NCBI RefSeq assembly: GCF_030028105.1
Contig: NC_092401.1
Span: forward strand, 29,626,399-29,690,398
Reading direction: 5' to 3'
DNA: 64,000 bases
Source: Mobula birostris
Taxonomy: Eukaryota
Made by a program: the position numbers and the translations under genes. The notes below the pieces were generated by a model, which made no database searches, was not told the DNA's origin, and worked only from the letters and a program-made list of their open reading frames with translations. How positions within the stretch are numbered: the first letter of the stretch is position 1; each line of letters opens with the position of its first letter. Shown one piece after another: positions 1-12,064 of this stretch.

Positions 1-224
1 AATTCTTCCATTTTTCAGCTTTTTTTGACTTGATCGTGTCTTCCCCGACAAAGAATAGGTACTTCTTGTAACTCAACAGTTTCTCACTGCATTTTATTGT
101 ACTTCATACATTTCTCTGCACTTTAACAGGTTGGTAGCCGTGTCGAGTTTATTTTAAAAATACATCCTCATCAGTGTTCATAAGGAGTGAGTACCAGGTG
201 ATAATAATCATTTTAAAAAAGCAG

Positions 225-1397
225 AAATTGCTGACTATGTCAAGAAAACTGATGCATTTGATTACACAAAAGATAACTGGGATATGTATACAGAGTTAAT
301 TCAGCAATATTTTGAAGCAAATGGAATAGCTAATTAGAAACAAATGCCAATTTTACTGAATTTATTGGGTTTAAAGGCATTCAGTTTGTTTTGAAGTTTG
401 ACTGCTCCAACTAGACCAACAGGAATGAGATTTGCAGGCCAGGCAGCATCAACGGAAAAGAGTACAGTCGGTGTTTTGGGGTCCTGCCAAAGGATTTCGA
501 CCCGAAATGTCGACTGTACACTTTACCATAGATGCTGCCTTGCCTGCTGAGTTCCTCCAGCATTTTGTGTGTGTTGCTCGGATTTCCTGCGTCTGCAGAT
601 TTTCTCTTGTTTGAGAAATGAGCTTTGTTGAAATTGTAAAACTAATGCAAGAACACATGAAACCTAAAGCGTTCTGCAGTCAATAATGGTGTTGTTTCTA
701 TAAGTGGAATCAAAAGGAAGGCAGTCCATTTCAGCATATGTGGTTGAAAGGATGAGTTTGTCTGAGCATTAACTTAGAGATACACTAAGATCATTCAGTT
801 TGTGCAATCTTACGAGAAAGCGTTCTAAAACAGCTCCTAATGAAGCACATTGAATCACATTTAAAAGCAATTGAATCACTGTTTCAATGGAAATTGCAGA
901 CGGACCCACAATTGAGTTTCAGTTAGGAATGAAAGTGAGCATGAACTAAATTGCACCATCTAAACAGAAACCAGCCTGACCAAACAAATTATGTTACCAG
1001 TATGGCAGGGGCTTACATACATCAAACAAATGCAGATTTAAAGGTGAAACCTGCAGAGAATGCAGCAAATGACACAAAGAGCATGTTGGGCAGACGAAAA
1101 AATGGACTGCATGGCGAAGAGAAAAAGCTAGAAAGTCAAGCTGCAGTTTCTAAAAGAGCACTAATCTGCGTGCTATTGATGAAAAATCTGAATATGATGA
1201 GAAAAGGACAGGTCTGGGTACCCTTGATATTTACACTGTGAAAACTAATAATAGATGAGCAATATGGCTTGCACCAGAGATGAACGGCAAGTTAATTAAA
1301 ATGGAATTGGATACTGTCTCGGCTGTTTCAGTCATTCCACAAAATGAGTTTGAATGGTATTTCAGATACTGAACTGAAGCCTGCAGATATTCAACTA
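225..1397 (+). mobile_element. Degenerate Gypsy-type LTR retrotransposon gag-protease relic
   Basis: Manual translation with stops and frameshifts gives FDYTKDNWDMYTELIQQYFEANGI (gag), CYQYGRGLHTSNKCRFKGETCRECSK (decayed zinc knuckles, ~990-1070) and MELDTVSAVSVIP (decayed DTG protease motif, 1301-1340). Confidence 0.8.
435..613. repeat. Short hammerhead-family repeat, head-to-head pair, inserted in Gypsy gag
   Basis: 435-480 is a partial reverse complement of 481-560. Ends in the family tail gatgctgcc..ctgctgagttcctccagcattttgtgtgtgttg. The gag frame resumes at ~615. Confidence 0.75.
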
Positions 1398-4200
1398 AGC
1401 CCATCAAGTCTCTTTCGCCATTCCATCATGGCTGATCCCAGATCCCACTCAACCCCATATACCTGCCCTCTCACACGGTAGGCTTATTCAGAAAGTCAGA
1501 AGGCATGGGATCCAGGGAAGTTTGGCCAGGTGGATTCAGAATTGGCTTGCCTGCAGAAGGCAGAGGGTCGTAGTGGAGGGAGTACATTCAGATTGGAGGA
1601 TTGTGACTAGTGGTGTCCCACAAGGATCTGTTCTGGGACCCCTACTTTTTGTGATTCTTATTAATGACCTGGATGTGGGGGTAGAAGGGTGGGTACAAGA
1701 GGACATGGCTTTAAGGTAAGGGGTGGGAAGTTCAAGGGGGATATTAGAGGAAGGTTTTTTACTCAGAGAGTGGTTGGTGCGTGGAATGCACTGCCTGAGT
1801 CAGTGGTGGAGGCAGATACACTAGTGAAATTTAAGAGACTACTGGACAGGTATATGGAGGAATTTAAGTTCGGGGCTTATATGGGAGGCAGGGGTTGAGG
1901 GTTGGCACAACATTGTGGGCGGAAGGGCCTGCACTGTGCTGTACTATTCTATGTTCTATGATGCCCTGACTGATCAGGACACTGTCAACTTCCGTCATAA
2001 ACATAGTCGGAACTTGGCCTCCACCGCAGTCTGTGGCAGAGTATTCCACAGATACACTACTCTCTGGCTAAAAAAAAGTCCTCCTTACCTCTGTTCTGGA
2101 TACCCCCACCACAGGAAACATCCTCTTCACATCCACCCTATCTAGTCCTTTCAACATTTGATAGGTTTCAATGAGATGCCCTGCATTCTTCTAAATTCCA
2201 GTGAGTACAGGCCCAAAGCTGCCAAATGCTCCTCATATGTTAACCCCTTCATTCCCTGAATCATCCTCATGAGCTTCCTTTGGATTCTCTTCAATGACAA
2301 CACCTCCTTTCTGAGATAAAGGGCCCAAAACTGTTGACAATACTCCCAAATGTAGCCTAACTGATGTCTTATAAAGCTTCAGCATTATCTTTTTGCTTTT
2401 ATATTCTATCCCCTTGAAATAAATGCCAACATTACATTTGCCTTCTTACCACATCTTAACCTGTAAATTAACCTGCTGGGAGTCTTACACAAGGACTCCC
2501 AAGCCCCTCTGCACGTCTGTTGTTTGAACCTTCTCCCCATTTAGATAATAGTCCGTACTTCTGTTCCTTTTACAAAAATTCATTGTCCCAACACTGTATT
2601 CCATCTTCCACTTTTTTGCCCATTCTTCCAATTTGTCTAAGTCCTGCTGCAATCACATTGCTTCCTCAGCACTACCTACCCCTCCACCTATCTTCATATC
2701 ATCCACAAGCTTTCCCAGAAAGCCATCAATTCCATTAACTAAATCAATGATAACAATGTGAAAAATAGCAGTCCCAATACTGACCCCTGAGGAACACTAT
2801 TAGCCACTGGCAGCCAACTAGAAAAGGCCCCTTTATTCCCACTCACTGCCTCCTACCTGCCAGCTATTGCTATATTCTTGCCAGTATCTTTCCGGTAACA
2901 CCATAGGATATCTTGCTAAGCAGCCTCACATGTGCCATCTTATCAAACACCTTCTGAAAATCCAAGTAAATGACACTCACAGCCTCTCCTTTGTCCACCC
3001 TGCTTGTTTCGCCCTCGGAGAACTCTTAACAGATTTGTCAGGCAGTACTTCCCTTTACAGAAACCATGCTGACTTTGACATATTTTATCATTTGTCTCTA
3101 AGTACCTCATGCTTAATAATAGACTTCACCACTTTCCCAACCACTGAGGTTAGGCTAATTGGCCTATAAAATTCCTTTCCCTTGCCTTCCTCCCTTCTTA
3201 AAGAGTGGAGTGACATTTACAATCTTCCAGTCCTCTGGGACCATGCCAGAATCAAGTGGTTCTTGAAAGATTATGACCAATGCAGATGTTATCTCTTCAG
3301 CAACCTCTCCCAGGACTCTGGGGTGTAGCAAATCTGATCCAGGTGACTTATCCACCTTAAGACCTCTGAGTTTGTGTAGCATTGTTCCTTTGTCATAGCA
3401 ATGGTACTTACTCCCTGACACTCAGGGACCTCTGGCACGCTGCTAGTATCTTCCACAGTGAAAACAGATTAAAAAAACCCGTTAATTTCATCTGCCATTT
3501 CTTTGTCCCCATTACTAGCTCACCTGTATCATTTTTCAGTGGTCCAATATCAACGCTCACCTCCCTTTTATTCTTTATATAACTGAAAAAAAAACTTCTA
3601 GTATTCTGCTTTATGTTATTGCCTAGTTTGCCTTCGTATTGCATCTTTTCCCTTCTTATAGTTTTTTACTTGCCTTTTGTTGGATTTTAAAAGCTTCCTA
3701 ATCATCCAACTTCCCACTCACTTTTGCTACTTTATTTGCCCTTTCCTTGGCTTTTATGCAGTCCTCAACTTCCCTTGTCAGCCACAGTTGCCCACACCTG
3801 CCATTTGAGAACTTCTTCCTCTGAGAAGCATATCTATCCTGCGCTTTGTGAACTATTCCCAGAAACTTCAGCCATTTTGGCTCTGCTGTCACTCCTGCCA
3901 GTTTTCTCCTCCAATCCATCTGGGCAAGCTCCTCTCTCATGCCTCTGTAATTCCCTTTATTCCATTGCGATACACATACATGTGACTTGTGCTTCTCCCT
4001 CTCAAACTGCAGTATGAATCAATCATATTATGATCACTGCCTCCTAAGGGTTCCTTTATATTAAACTCCCTAATAAAATCTGGGTTATTACACAACACCT
4101 AATCTAAGATAGCCTCAAGCACAAACTGCTCTGAAAGACATTCCCTCTCTTGCAATTTGACACCAACCTGATTTTCCCAATTTCCTTGCATATTAAATCT
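1398..4200 (-). mobile_element. Decayed CR1 LINE, interrupted by a second CR1 piece
   Basis: Minus-strand fragments such as KSPGSDLLHPRVL and VPEDWKIVNVTPLFKKG are typical CR1 ORF2. Confidence 0.85.
1477..1959 (+). mobile_element. CR1 fragment with internal deletion, nested in an older CR1
   Basis: [16 protein letters not shown] (RT) is joined directly to TRGHGFK..FFTQRVVGAWNALP (C-terminus), followed by a ttctatg tail. Confidence 0.85.
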
Positions 4201-4660
4201 CCCACAAGCCTTCTGGCAAAGTCCAGCCGAGACTTTATGTGAGTTTTTTTCAACAGTGGCTTCCTCTTTACCAGCCTTCCATAAAGATGTGACTGGTGAA
4301 GCACCTGGGCAACAGTTGTTGTACGCACAGTCTTTCCCATCTCAGCCACTGAAGCTTGTAACTCCTCCAGAGTTGTCAATGGGTCTCTTGGTGGCCTCCC
4401 TCCCTAGTCCCCTTCTTGCACGGTCACTCAGTTTTTGAGAACGGCCTGCTCTAGGCAGATTTACAGCTGTGCCATGTTCTTTCCATTTCTTCATGATTGA
4501 CTTAACTGAATTATCAAACAGGTACTCAGTGACTTGGAAATTTTCTTGTATCCATCTCCTGACTTGTGCTTTTTGTGGAGTTACTTTGAGTGTTCTTTTG
4601 TCTTCATGGTGTAGTTTTTACCAGGATACTGACTCACCAGCAGTTGGACCTTCCAGAATA
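4200..4660 (-). mobile_element. Tc1-like transposase fragment
   Basis: TTLEELQASVAEMGKTVRTTTVAQVLHQSHLYGRLVKRKPLLKKTHIKSRLDFARR is the Tc1 second HTH plus KKPLL linker. Confidence 0.85.
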
Positions 4661-5204
4661 CTTTTTATATACTGTATATGTATTTGATTAAACATTCTTG
4701 TTCATTTAAAGTAATTCATTACAGGTTGTATGTATAAATACATGAATTGCATACATCATCACATTACCACATGATATGTGTGCGCCTCACTTAGAATAAA
4801 CTTGGAGTTAGACCCCTTTTTGGACTGCCATGCTTTCTTTTGAAGTAGTTCAATGTTTTGAAGTTTCCAGACATAGTAATAAAGACCCCAAGATTCCTCT
4901 GTACATCAGTGCTGTGAAGTGTACTTTCCCAATACATTTGATCCAATGCTCAATGGAGAGGGGAAAAACTTATTTTCGTGATCACTATTTGCAGACACCC
5001 GTATTGATAACTCAAAGTGACCACCGCAGACTCGTTCTATAGTTGTACGGAGGAAACCGTCCACAAGTTTGTGAAGGTTGGCAGAACCTAAGGGTAGGTT
5101 TTGACACAGATCTGCAGCTCAAAGTGAAGTAAATAAGAAGCGAAACCTCTGAAGATGTGAATACACCCCTCCCCCCGGCGCACCCCCAGGACCTGTTCCA
5201 GGAT

Positions 5205-5900
5205 CAGCAGGTAACTGCCATCACAAATAAAGCACAACAGCACCTCTACCTTTTTAAAAGTTAGTGTAGATTCAGCACATCAAAGCCCAAGTTGGTGCAA
5301 TCTTTCATTGATTCTGTTTATAGATATTATTGTGAGTATTCCTGCAAGAAAATACATTTCAGGGTGGTATGCACTTTCAGAATAAATTTGCTTTGAACTT
5401 TGAAACTTTGGACACAGTTTTAGAGATACATAGTGGAGAATATCCTGACTGGTAGCACCTCGGCCTGGTATGGAAACACCAATGTGCAGGAACGGAAAGG
5501 TCTACAGAAAGTGGTGGATACAACCCAGTCTATCACAGGCAAAGTCCTCCCCATCAGGCAGGAGGTACAGAAGCCCTAAGTACTATAGCACCAGGTTCAG
5601 GAACAATTATTACCCTACAACTTTCAGGCTCCTGAACTGACATGGATAACCTCACTCACACAACTCTGAACTGATTCCACAGCCTACAGACTCACTTTCA
5701 AGGACTCTACAACTCATGTTTTCAATATTATTTATTTTTTTGTTTGTACAATTTGTCTTCTTTTGCACATTAGTTATTTGTCAGTCCTTACTTGTGTATA
5801 CTTATTCATTAATTCTATTGTATTTCTTTATTTTCTTGTAAATGCTGTGAGAAATCGACTCTCAAGTATATGGATAACATACTGATAATAAAGTACAATG
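5205..5900 (+). mobile_element. Rex-Babar-like non-LTR retrotransposon 3' fragments
   Basis: Similar by eye to 60505-61235 and 62097-62910 (gtggagaatatcctgactgg..tggtatgga; ccatcaggcaggaggtacagaagcc). Confidence 0.6.
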
Positions 5901-5924
5901 ATTTTGACTTACTGCAAACATATG

Positions 5925-6845
5925 GACCTTACTGAAATCACACCTGGAGAGTTGTGCTCAGCGTTAATCTCCTGGATGTAACACGTTGCGATGAAAGCGC
6001 AGTGAAGACTCATTAGACCAGTTCCAGGAATGGCAGATTTGCCAATGAGGGCAGAGTGGGGCAGTTGGCAGAGCATTGTGGGCCAAATGGCCTGCAGAGT
6101 GCTATACTTTTCAATGTCTCTGGAGTTTAGAAGACTGAGATGAGATCTTATTGAAATTCATGGGGCTTGGCAGGCTGGATGAGGGAGAATGCTTCTGGCT
6201 GGGGACAGGAGGTTTGGGGAACAGGGGGTGGTGCAGGGAAATGCTCTTGAGATAAAAGAGCCATTCAGGTGAACACATCACAGAAGATTTCCTTTAATTT
6301 GTTTCAGTTTAGTGAATCCAAACTAAAATTAGTGAATGACTTCAGATGTGCTAGTAAGGTTATCCAAGATATTGGCCGAACTGCATTTGGAATATTGTGA
6401 ACCATTTTGGGCCCCATATCTAAGGAAGCCCTTGAGAGAGTCCAGAGGAAGTTTTACAAGAAAAGTCTCAGGAATGAAATGAGAAGTGTTTGATGTCTCT
6501 GGGCCTGTATGCAATAGTTTTCTTAAGGATGAGTGGAGATCTCATGGAAACCTGGATACTAAGAGGCCTACAGAGAGGATACTTCCATTAGTTGGAAAAT
6601 CTAGGACCAGGGGCACAGCCCCAGAATAAAGGGACATCCCTTTAAAACTGAGATGAGGAAGAATTTCTTTAGGCAGAGGGTGTTGAATCTGTGAAATTTG
6701 TTGCCAGAGAGAGCTGTGGAGGCCACGTCATTGATTAAATGGGATTAGAGTTATGGTGAGAATGAGGTTAAAAATTAGCCATGACTGAATGATAGAACAG
6801 ACTTGATGGGCTGAATGACCAGATTCTGTTACTATAGCTTAAAGT
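5925..6845 (+). mobile_element. Decayed CR1 3' fragments
   Basis: HLEYC/FWAPYLRK-like and ctaggaccaggggcacagcc..gaatttcttt..cagagggtg motifs. Confidence 0.7.
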
Positions 6846-6859
6846 CTAGTTCCTTAAAG

Positions 6860-7390
6860 TTGTTATGGCTGGGAATAGGAGTGGAGATAACGTCCCACTA
6901 CCTATTAAATGCGTGCATCTCAAAAGCCTCTGGCCTTTACGTGTGGCTCAGCTACTAAGCCCAGCGGAATCATTTCTAATGACTGAAGAAGGGGCAAAGG
7001 TGGGTTAATAGCACCTTAAAGCTACTTACTTCGGGCTGATGGGATTCATCAGCTCTAGTTGGCAGCTCATCTAAAAGAAGGAAAACTCTGATCTCAAACC
7101 TGCACTATCTTGTGGCTATACCCACTCAGGAGCAAACTCTAAAGAAATATCTAGAGCTGAAGTCCCTAAAGCAGTCCATGTTGAGTTCCACACTGACTGT
7201 CAACTCCTGTGACACCGCAGGTGCCAAATTGTAATGGTCTCTGCTGTTCCTTAGGATTCATCAGCTGTGTAGAGAGGGGGAGCCTGCCACATGGGCGACA
7301 GCTTGTCTCCATATCGTACAGCCCTGATTTGTGTATCACATAGATGCAACATCTATGGTCAACCCATTCAACTGAGGCCCTCATCCATCT
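6860..7390 (+). repeat. Interspersed non-coding repeat resembling an RTE-type 5' UTR derivative
   Basis: Distinct GC-richer block with several short hairpins and ggagaaggaaaactctg-like sequence. Family assignment is from recollection only. Confidence 0.35.
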
Positions 7391-9639
7391 ATTGGTCTTA
7401 TAAACAATGACAGAGCAGGCTATAGAAGGCCGGATGGCCTACTTTTACTCCTATTTCTTATATTCTAATCATGCAAACACATAATTAGTACAAATCCAGC
7501 AATGAAATGCATGTGGAGACAAGTTTATTCCCCTCCGTTGATGCTGACTGACCTGCCGAGTTCCTCCAGCACTGTTGCTTAACTTGAATCAACTGTTCTT
7601 GTACAACAGTGTTACAGTGAACTTCCTCACCTGCTCACACAGTCAGTGAATGGGGTGGAAGGTCAGCATTGGCACAGCACAATAACGAAATATCAGCCCA
7701 CTTCGGGCAACATCACCACCTCTGCTCACCGAGTATGGGTATTTCAACAGACTGATGCAACAAACAAGCATTCAAACTTCAGAGAAACAGCAGGGTGCAT
7801 TAGAAAATAGTTAAACTTAGCCTGGCATGACATCATCCACCTGAAAAACAGGAGTGTTACACTGCAAGGACACTAGAATCTACAATTCTTAATGCATTCA
7901 TTTCACAAGTTAATTCAGTGGTGAACTGATTCAGCGGGACTTAAACTTGCTGATTAACTTTGTGTTGTTAACCATTTTGCTGCCTAGATTGCAATATATA
8001 TGTTCATTTCTACCACACAACAAAAGAAATTTGATTCAAAGGAACTGATGCTGATAGCTCCTGCTTAAATTGTCTAATACCTCTGTTTTATTTGTTACCA
8101 GAGAAATACGATGAGCACAAAATTAACATTAAACATAGAACTGTACAGTGGAGTACAGCCCTTCGGTCCACAATGTTATGCTGACCTTTTAACCAACTTC
8201 AAAATCAATCTAACTCTTCCCTACCACATAGTCCTCCGTTTTCCTATCATCCATGTGCGTATCTAAGAGCCTATTAAATGCACCTAATGTATCTGCCTCT
8301 GGCAGCACGTTCTCTGCACCAACACAGAAAAGAGGAAAAATAGGACAGTACAGAACAGTATAGGCCTTTTGGCTAACAATATTGTACCAACCTTTTAACC
8401 TAGTCTAAAATCAATCTAACCCTTTCCTCCCAAATGATCCCTCATCTGCTGGCGGATACTTTCAGCACTGGTCTCAAGCTAAGCCAGTCCCTTAGCCCTT
8501 CTCACTCCCTTCTGATGGCTCAAAGTGTTAAACTTTAAGGAGGAGGTTTTTGATCCCTATCTTTGGAGCAGTACAGTATCAGATTTTGAGGACATTCAGT
8601 TGCGCAGGTACAGCAGCAGCTCCAGTAACCTGTTTCCATTAGGGCAGAATTAGCATTTGGCCATCATGTCTTTCCTTAACTCAAGCATGGCTGTTTTTTT
8701 TCAAGCAACACACACAAAATGCTGGAAGAGCTCAGCAGGCCAGTCAGCATCTATGCCCAGCCTGCTGAGTTACTCCAGAATTTTGTGCGTGTTGCTTGGA
8801 TTTCCGGCATCTGTAGATTTTCTCCTGTTTGTAATTTTTCTTCAACCCCATTCTCCTGCCTTCTCCCCAGAACCAGAACTCCCCTTTACCAATCAAGAAC
8901 CGATCAGGCTCTGCTTAAAATACACCAAATGAATGTGGCAATGAGTTCCATATTCACCACTATGGCAAATTAGGCCACTCCACTCAGCCCATCGATTCTG
9001 CTCCCTCCCCCATTCAATTAATATTGTTTTATTTTTATCCATACATACACCAAAATGGTATTTCATGAAGCGAGAACTGTCAGATAAAGCAGAGAAGATG
9101 GGGCTGAAAGGAAAAAGAATCCGCCATGATGAAATGGCAGAGCAGACTCGATGGGCCAAACTGCCTAATTCTGCTCCTATATCTTATGGACTTATAGAGG
9201 TGTCCAGTAACATTTACTACTTACGGAAGCACGTTGCAATGGTGCAAGTCTAATAAAAATCTAATATTTCATAACTTGCTTGTGATGTGATGCCTGTGTA
9301 GTTTGTTTTCATCAGAGCCGCTATAAATGATCTGTGCTGATTGAACTCTTTTCCTGTACACTGACCCAAAGCCCGAATCACCGAAGCTGTGATCACATAT
9401 TCCTTCACAGTGACAGGACTGTGTGATTAATCATTGCTGAGATCAAACTACAAGGAGACTTGATGGGGTGCGCAAGATGATAAGAGGCAAAGATGGAGTG
9501 GACAGCTAGAGAATTTGTCCCAATTAGAATATTATGTTCAGTTCCAGCTGACAGGATGATGAGAATAACTCAAATAACCATATGTTACAACAGCAGAACA
9601 GCATCTCTGAACCTAGAAATAGATGACAGAATGGCTTTC

Positions 9640-10505
9640 TGGCCAAGCTTGCAGACAATAAGAAGATATTTGGAGGGGGAGGTTGTGTGGAGGAAGCAGA
9701 GAGTCTGCAGAAGAATTTAAACAGACTAGATGAATGGGCAAAGAAGTGGCAGATAGAATATGGTGTAGGGATAAAGCACTTTGATAGAAGGAATAAAGGT
9801 GTAGACTATTTTCTAAGTGGGGAGAAAATACAAAAATCAGATATGCAAAGGGACTTAGTCATTGTGCAGGATTCCATAAAGTTAATTTGTAGGTTGAATT
9901 GGTGGTAAGGCAAATGCAACGTTAGCATTCATTTTGAAAGAAGTAGAATACAAAAGACAAGGATGTAATGCTGAGGCTTTATAAGGCATTAGAAAAGGGG
10001 CCCAAAACAGCTCACAACACACCAAATCCAGTCTGACCAAGAAAAGATGTGGTGCCATTGGAGAAATCCAGAGGAAGTTGATGAGAATGATTCCAGGAAT
10101 GAAAGGGTTAATGTAAGAGGATCGTTTGATGGCTCTGGGCCTGCAGTTGCTGTAGTTTAGATGAATGAGGGGGGAATCTCAATGAAATGTATTGAATATT
10201 GAAAGGCCTAGATAGAGTGGATGTTTCCTATAGTGGCAGAGTTTAGTACCAGAGGGCACAGCCTCAGAATAGAGGGAAGACCCTTTAGAACAAAGATGAG
10301 GAGGAATTTCATTAGCTGGAGGGTGGTGACATTGCTTCAGACAGCTGTGGAAGCCAAGTCATCGGGTATATTTAAAGCAGATGTGGATAGGCTCTTGATT
10401 AGTAAAGGTATCAAAGGTTATGAGGAGAAGGCAGGAGAATGGGGTCGAGAGGAATGATAAATCAGCCAAGATGAAATGGTGGGCAAGCCTCTATGTCTTA
10501 TGGAC
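9640..10505 (+). mobile_element. Decayed CR1 3' half
   Basis: LQKNLNRLDEWAKKWQIEY and TRGHSLRIEGRPFRTKMRRNF. Confidence 0.85.
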
Positions 10506-11334
10506 TCTAGGTGCAGAATCATTCGACATAAATAGAGTAATACATCTTCAACCCTGAACTTAAATAAGTCTGTAAAGTCTATTAACTGTCTTAAGGTCTT
10601 AAGTACATAGTACATAGAACAGTATAGTTCAGTACAGACCTTCAGCCCTCAATTTTAACCTACTATAGGATCAATTTAAGTCTTTCCTCCCATCGAATCT
10701 CTCAGCTGCTGGCAGATATGCCTTCACCACTGGTCCCAGGCTAAGCCAGTCCTTCAGTCCTTCTCTCTCTCTTCTGATGTCTCAAAGTATTAAGTTCTCA
10801 GGAGTATGTTTTGGATTCCTGACTTTGGATCAGTGTTGGATGTTGAGGTTATTCAATGGCACATGTATAATAACAGGGCCGGTAACCTGATTCCATGAGA
10901 GCAGAATTAGGCCATTCATCCCTTCAGGTCCTGCCTTCACTCAATCATGCCTGATTGTTCCCACCTTCTCCTTCATAACCCTTAACCCTTTACTAATCAA
11001 GAACCTATCACTCTCTGCTTGAAACATACCCAATGACTTGGTTTCACAACCATTTGAGATGATGAATTCCACAGATACACCACCATGGAAGGTGCAGGCC
11101 ATTCAGCCCATCAGTTCTTTCCCTCACTCAATCACGCTGGTTTTCCTTCAGTCTCATTCTACTGTCTCTCTCCGTAACCCTTACCAATCCAGAGTCTATC
11201 AGTCTCTATAGGCCCATGGATAATAGAAAAAAATAAAGGGTTATATAGGACAGAGAAGTTAGATTGATGTTACAGTAGTTTAAGCGGTCTTCACAACATT
11301 GTGGGCTGAAGGGCCTGTGCTGTGCTGTAATGTT

Positions 11335-11720
11335 AAACACTTTGTGGGCTCTTTATTTGGTACACCTGCTCGTTAATGCAAAAATCGAATCAGCCAATTA
11401 TGTGGCAGCAACTCAATGCATAAAAGCGTGCAGGCATAGTCAAGTGGTTCAGTTGTTGTTCAGAGTGGGCAAGAAATTTGATCCGAATGATTTTGACTGT
11501 GAAATGATTGTTTGTGGCAGACCTGGTGGTTTGAGTATTTCAGAAACTGTTGATCTCATTATATTTTCATGCACAACAATTTCTAGAGTTTACAGGGCAT
11601 TGCATGAAAAACAGAACTCATCAAATAATGGTAGTTGTGTGGGTGGAAACGCTTGCTAATGAGAGAGGTCAGAGGAGAATGTGCATACTGATTGTAGCTG
11701 ACAGGAAGGTGACAGTTGGA
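11335..11720 (+). mobile_element. Tc1-like DNA transposon 5' fragment
   Basis: TIR-like cact..gtgg..ctttatt.ggtacacctgctc, then GGLSISETVDLIIFSCTTISRVYR (HTH). The same family occurs at 60343 and 61745-61930. Confidence 0.7.
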
Positions 11721-12064
11721 TGAGCAAATTCAAGTAATTAAGAAAATCAGCAATATTTATAAAAGTATTTGACTGTCATAGAATCTAGTTCCATGCTGTC
11801 CATTGCAGAGAAAAATCTTTTTCACCCTCCCTGTTGAGGTCATAATACCACCCCAGACCCACCAGTGCCAGCATTTATTGACCTTCACACAATCAGTCTG
11901 AGAATTACCAAAAGGCACACACTTTTGATATGACAATGTAATTATTTCCTCCCAATTATTTATACAATTCCTTTTTGAAAGTTCCTTTTCAACCTGTATT
12001 TGGTTCCCTTCACGAATGCATTGATGATCACAGCAAGATCAAATGATAAGCTGGCTTGTAATGA

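Noticed and set aside
121-140. LTR end plus primer-binding site (aaca..tggtagc)
   Set aside because: It cannot be matched to a tRNA 3' end by eye and the upstream sequence does not look like an LTR.
4670-4880. Possible 3' LTR of the Gypsy relic
   Set aside because: It has TATA-like and AATAAA motifs, but no matching second LTR or clear termini are visible in the window.
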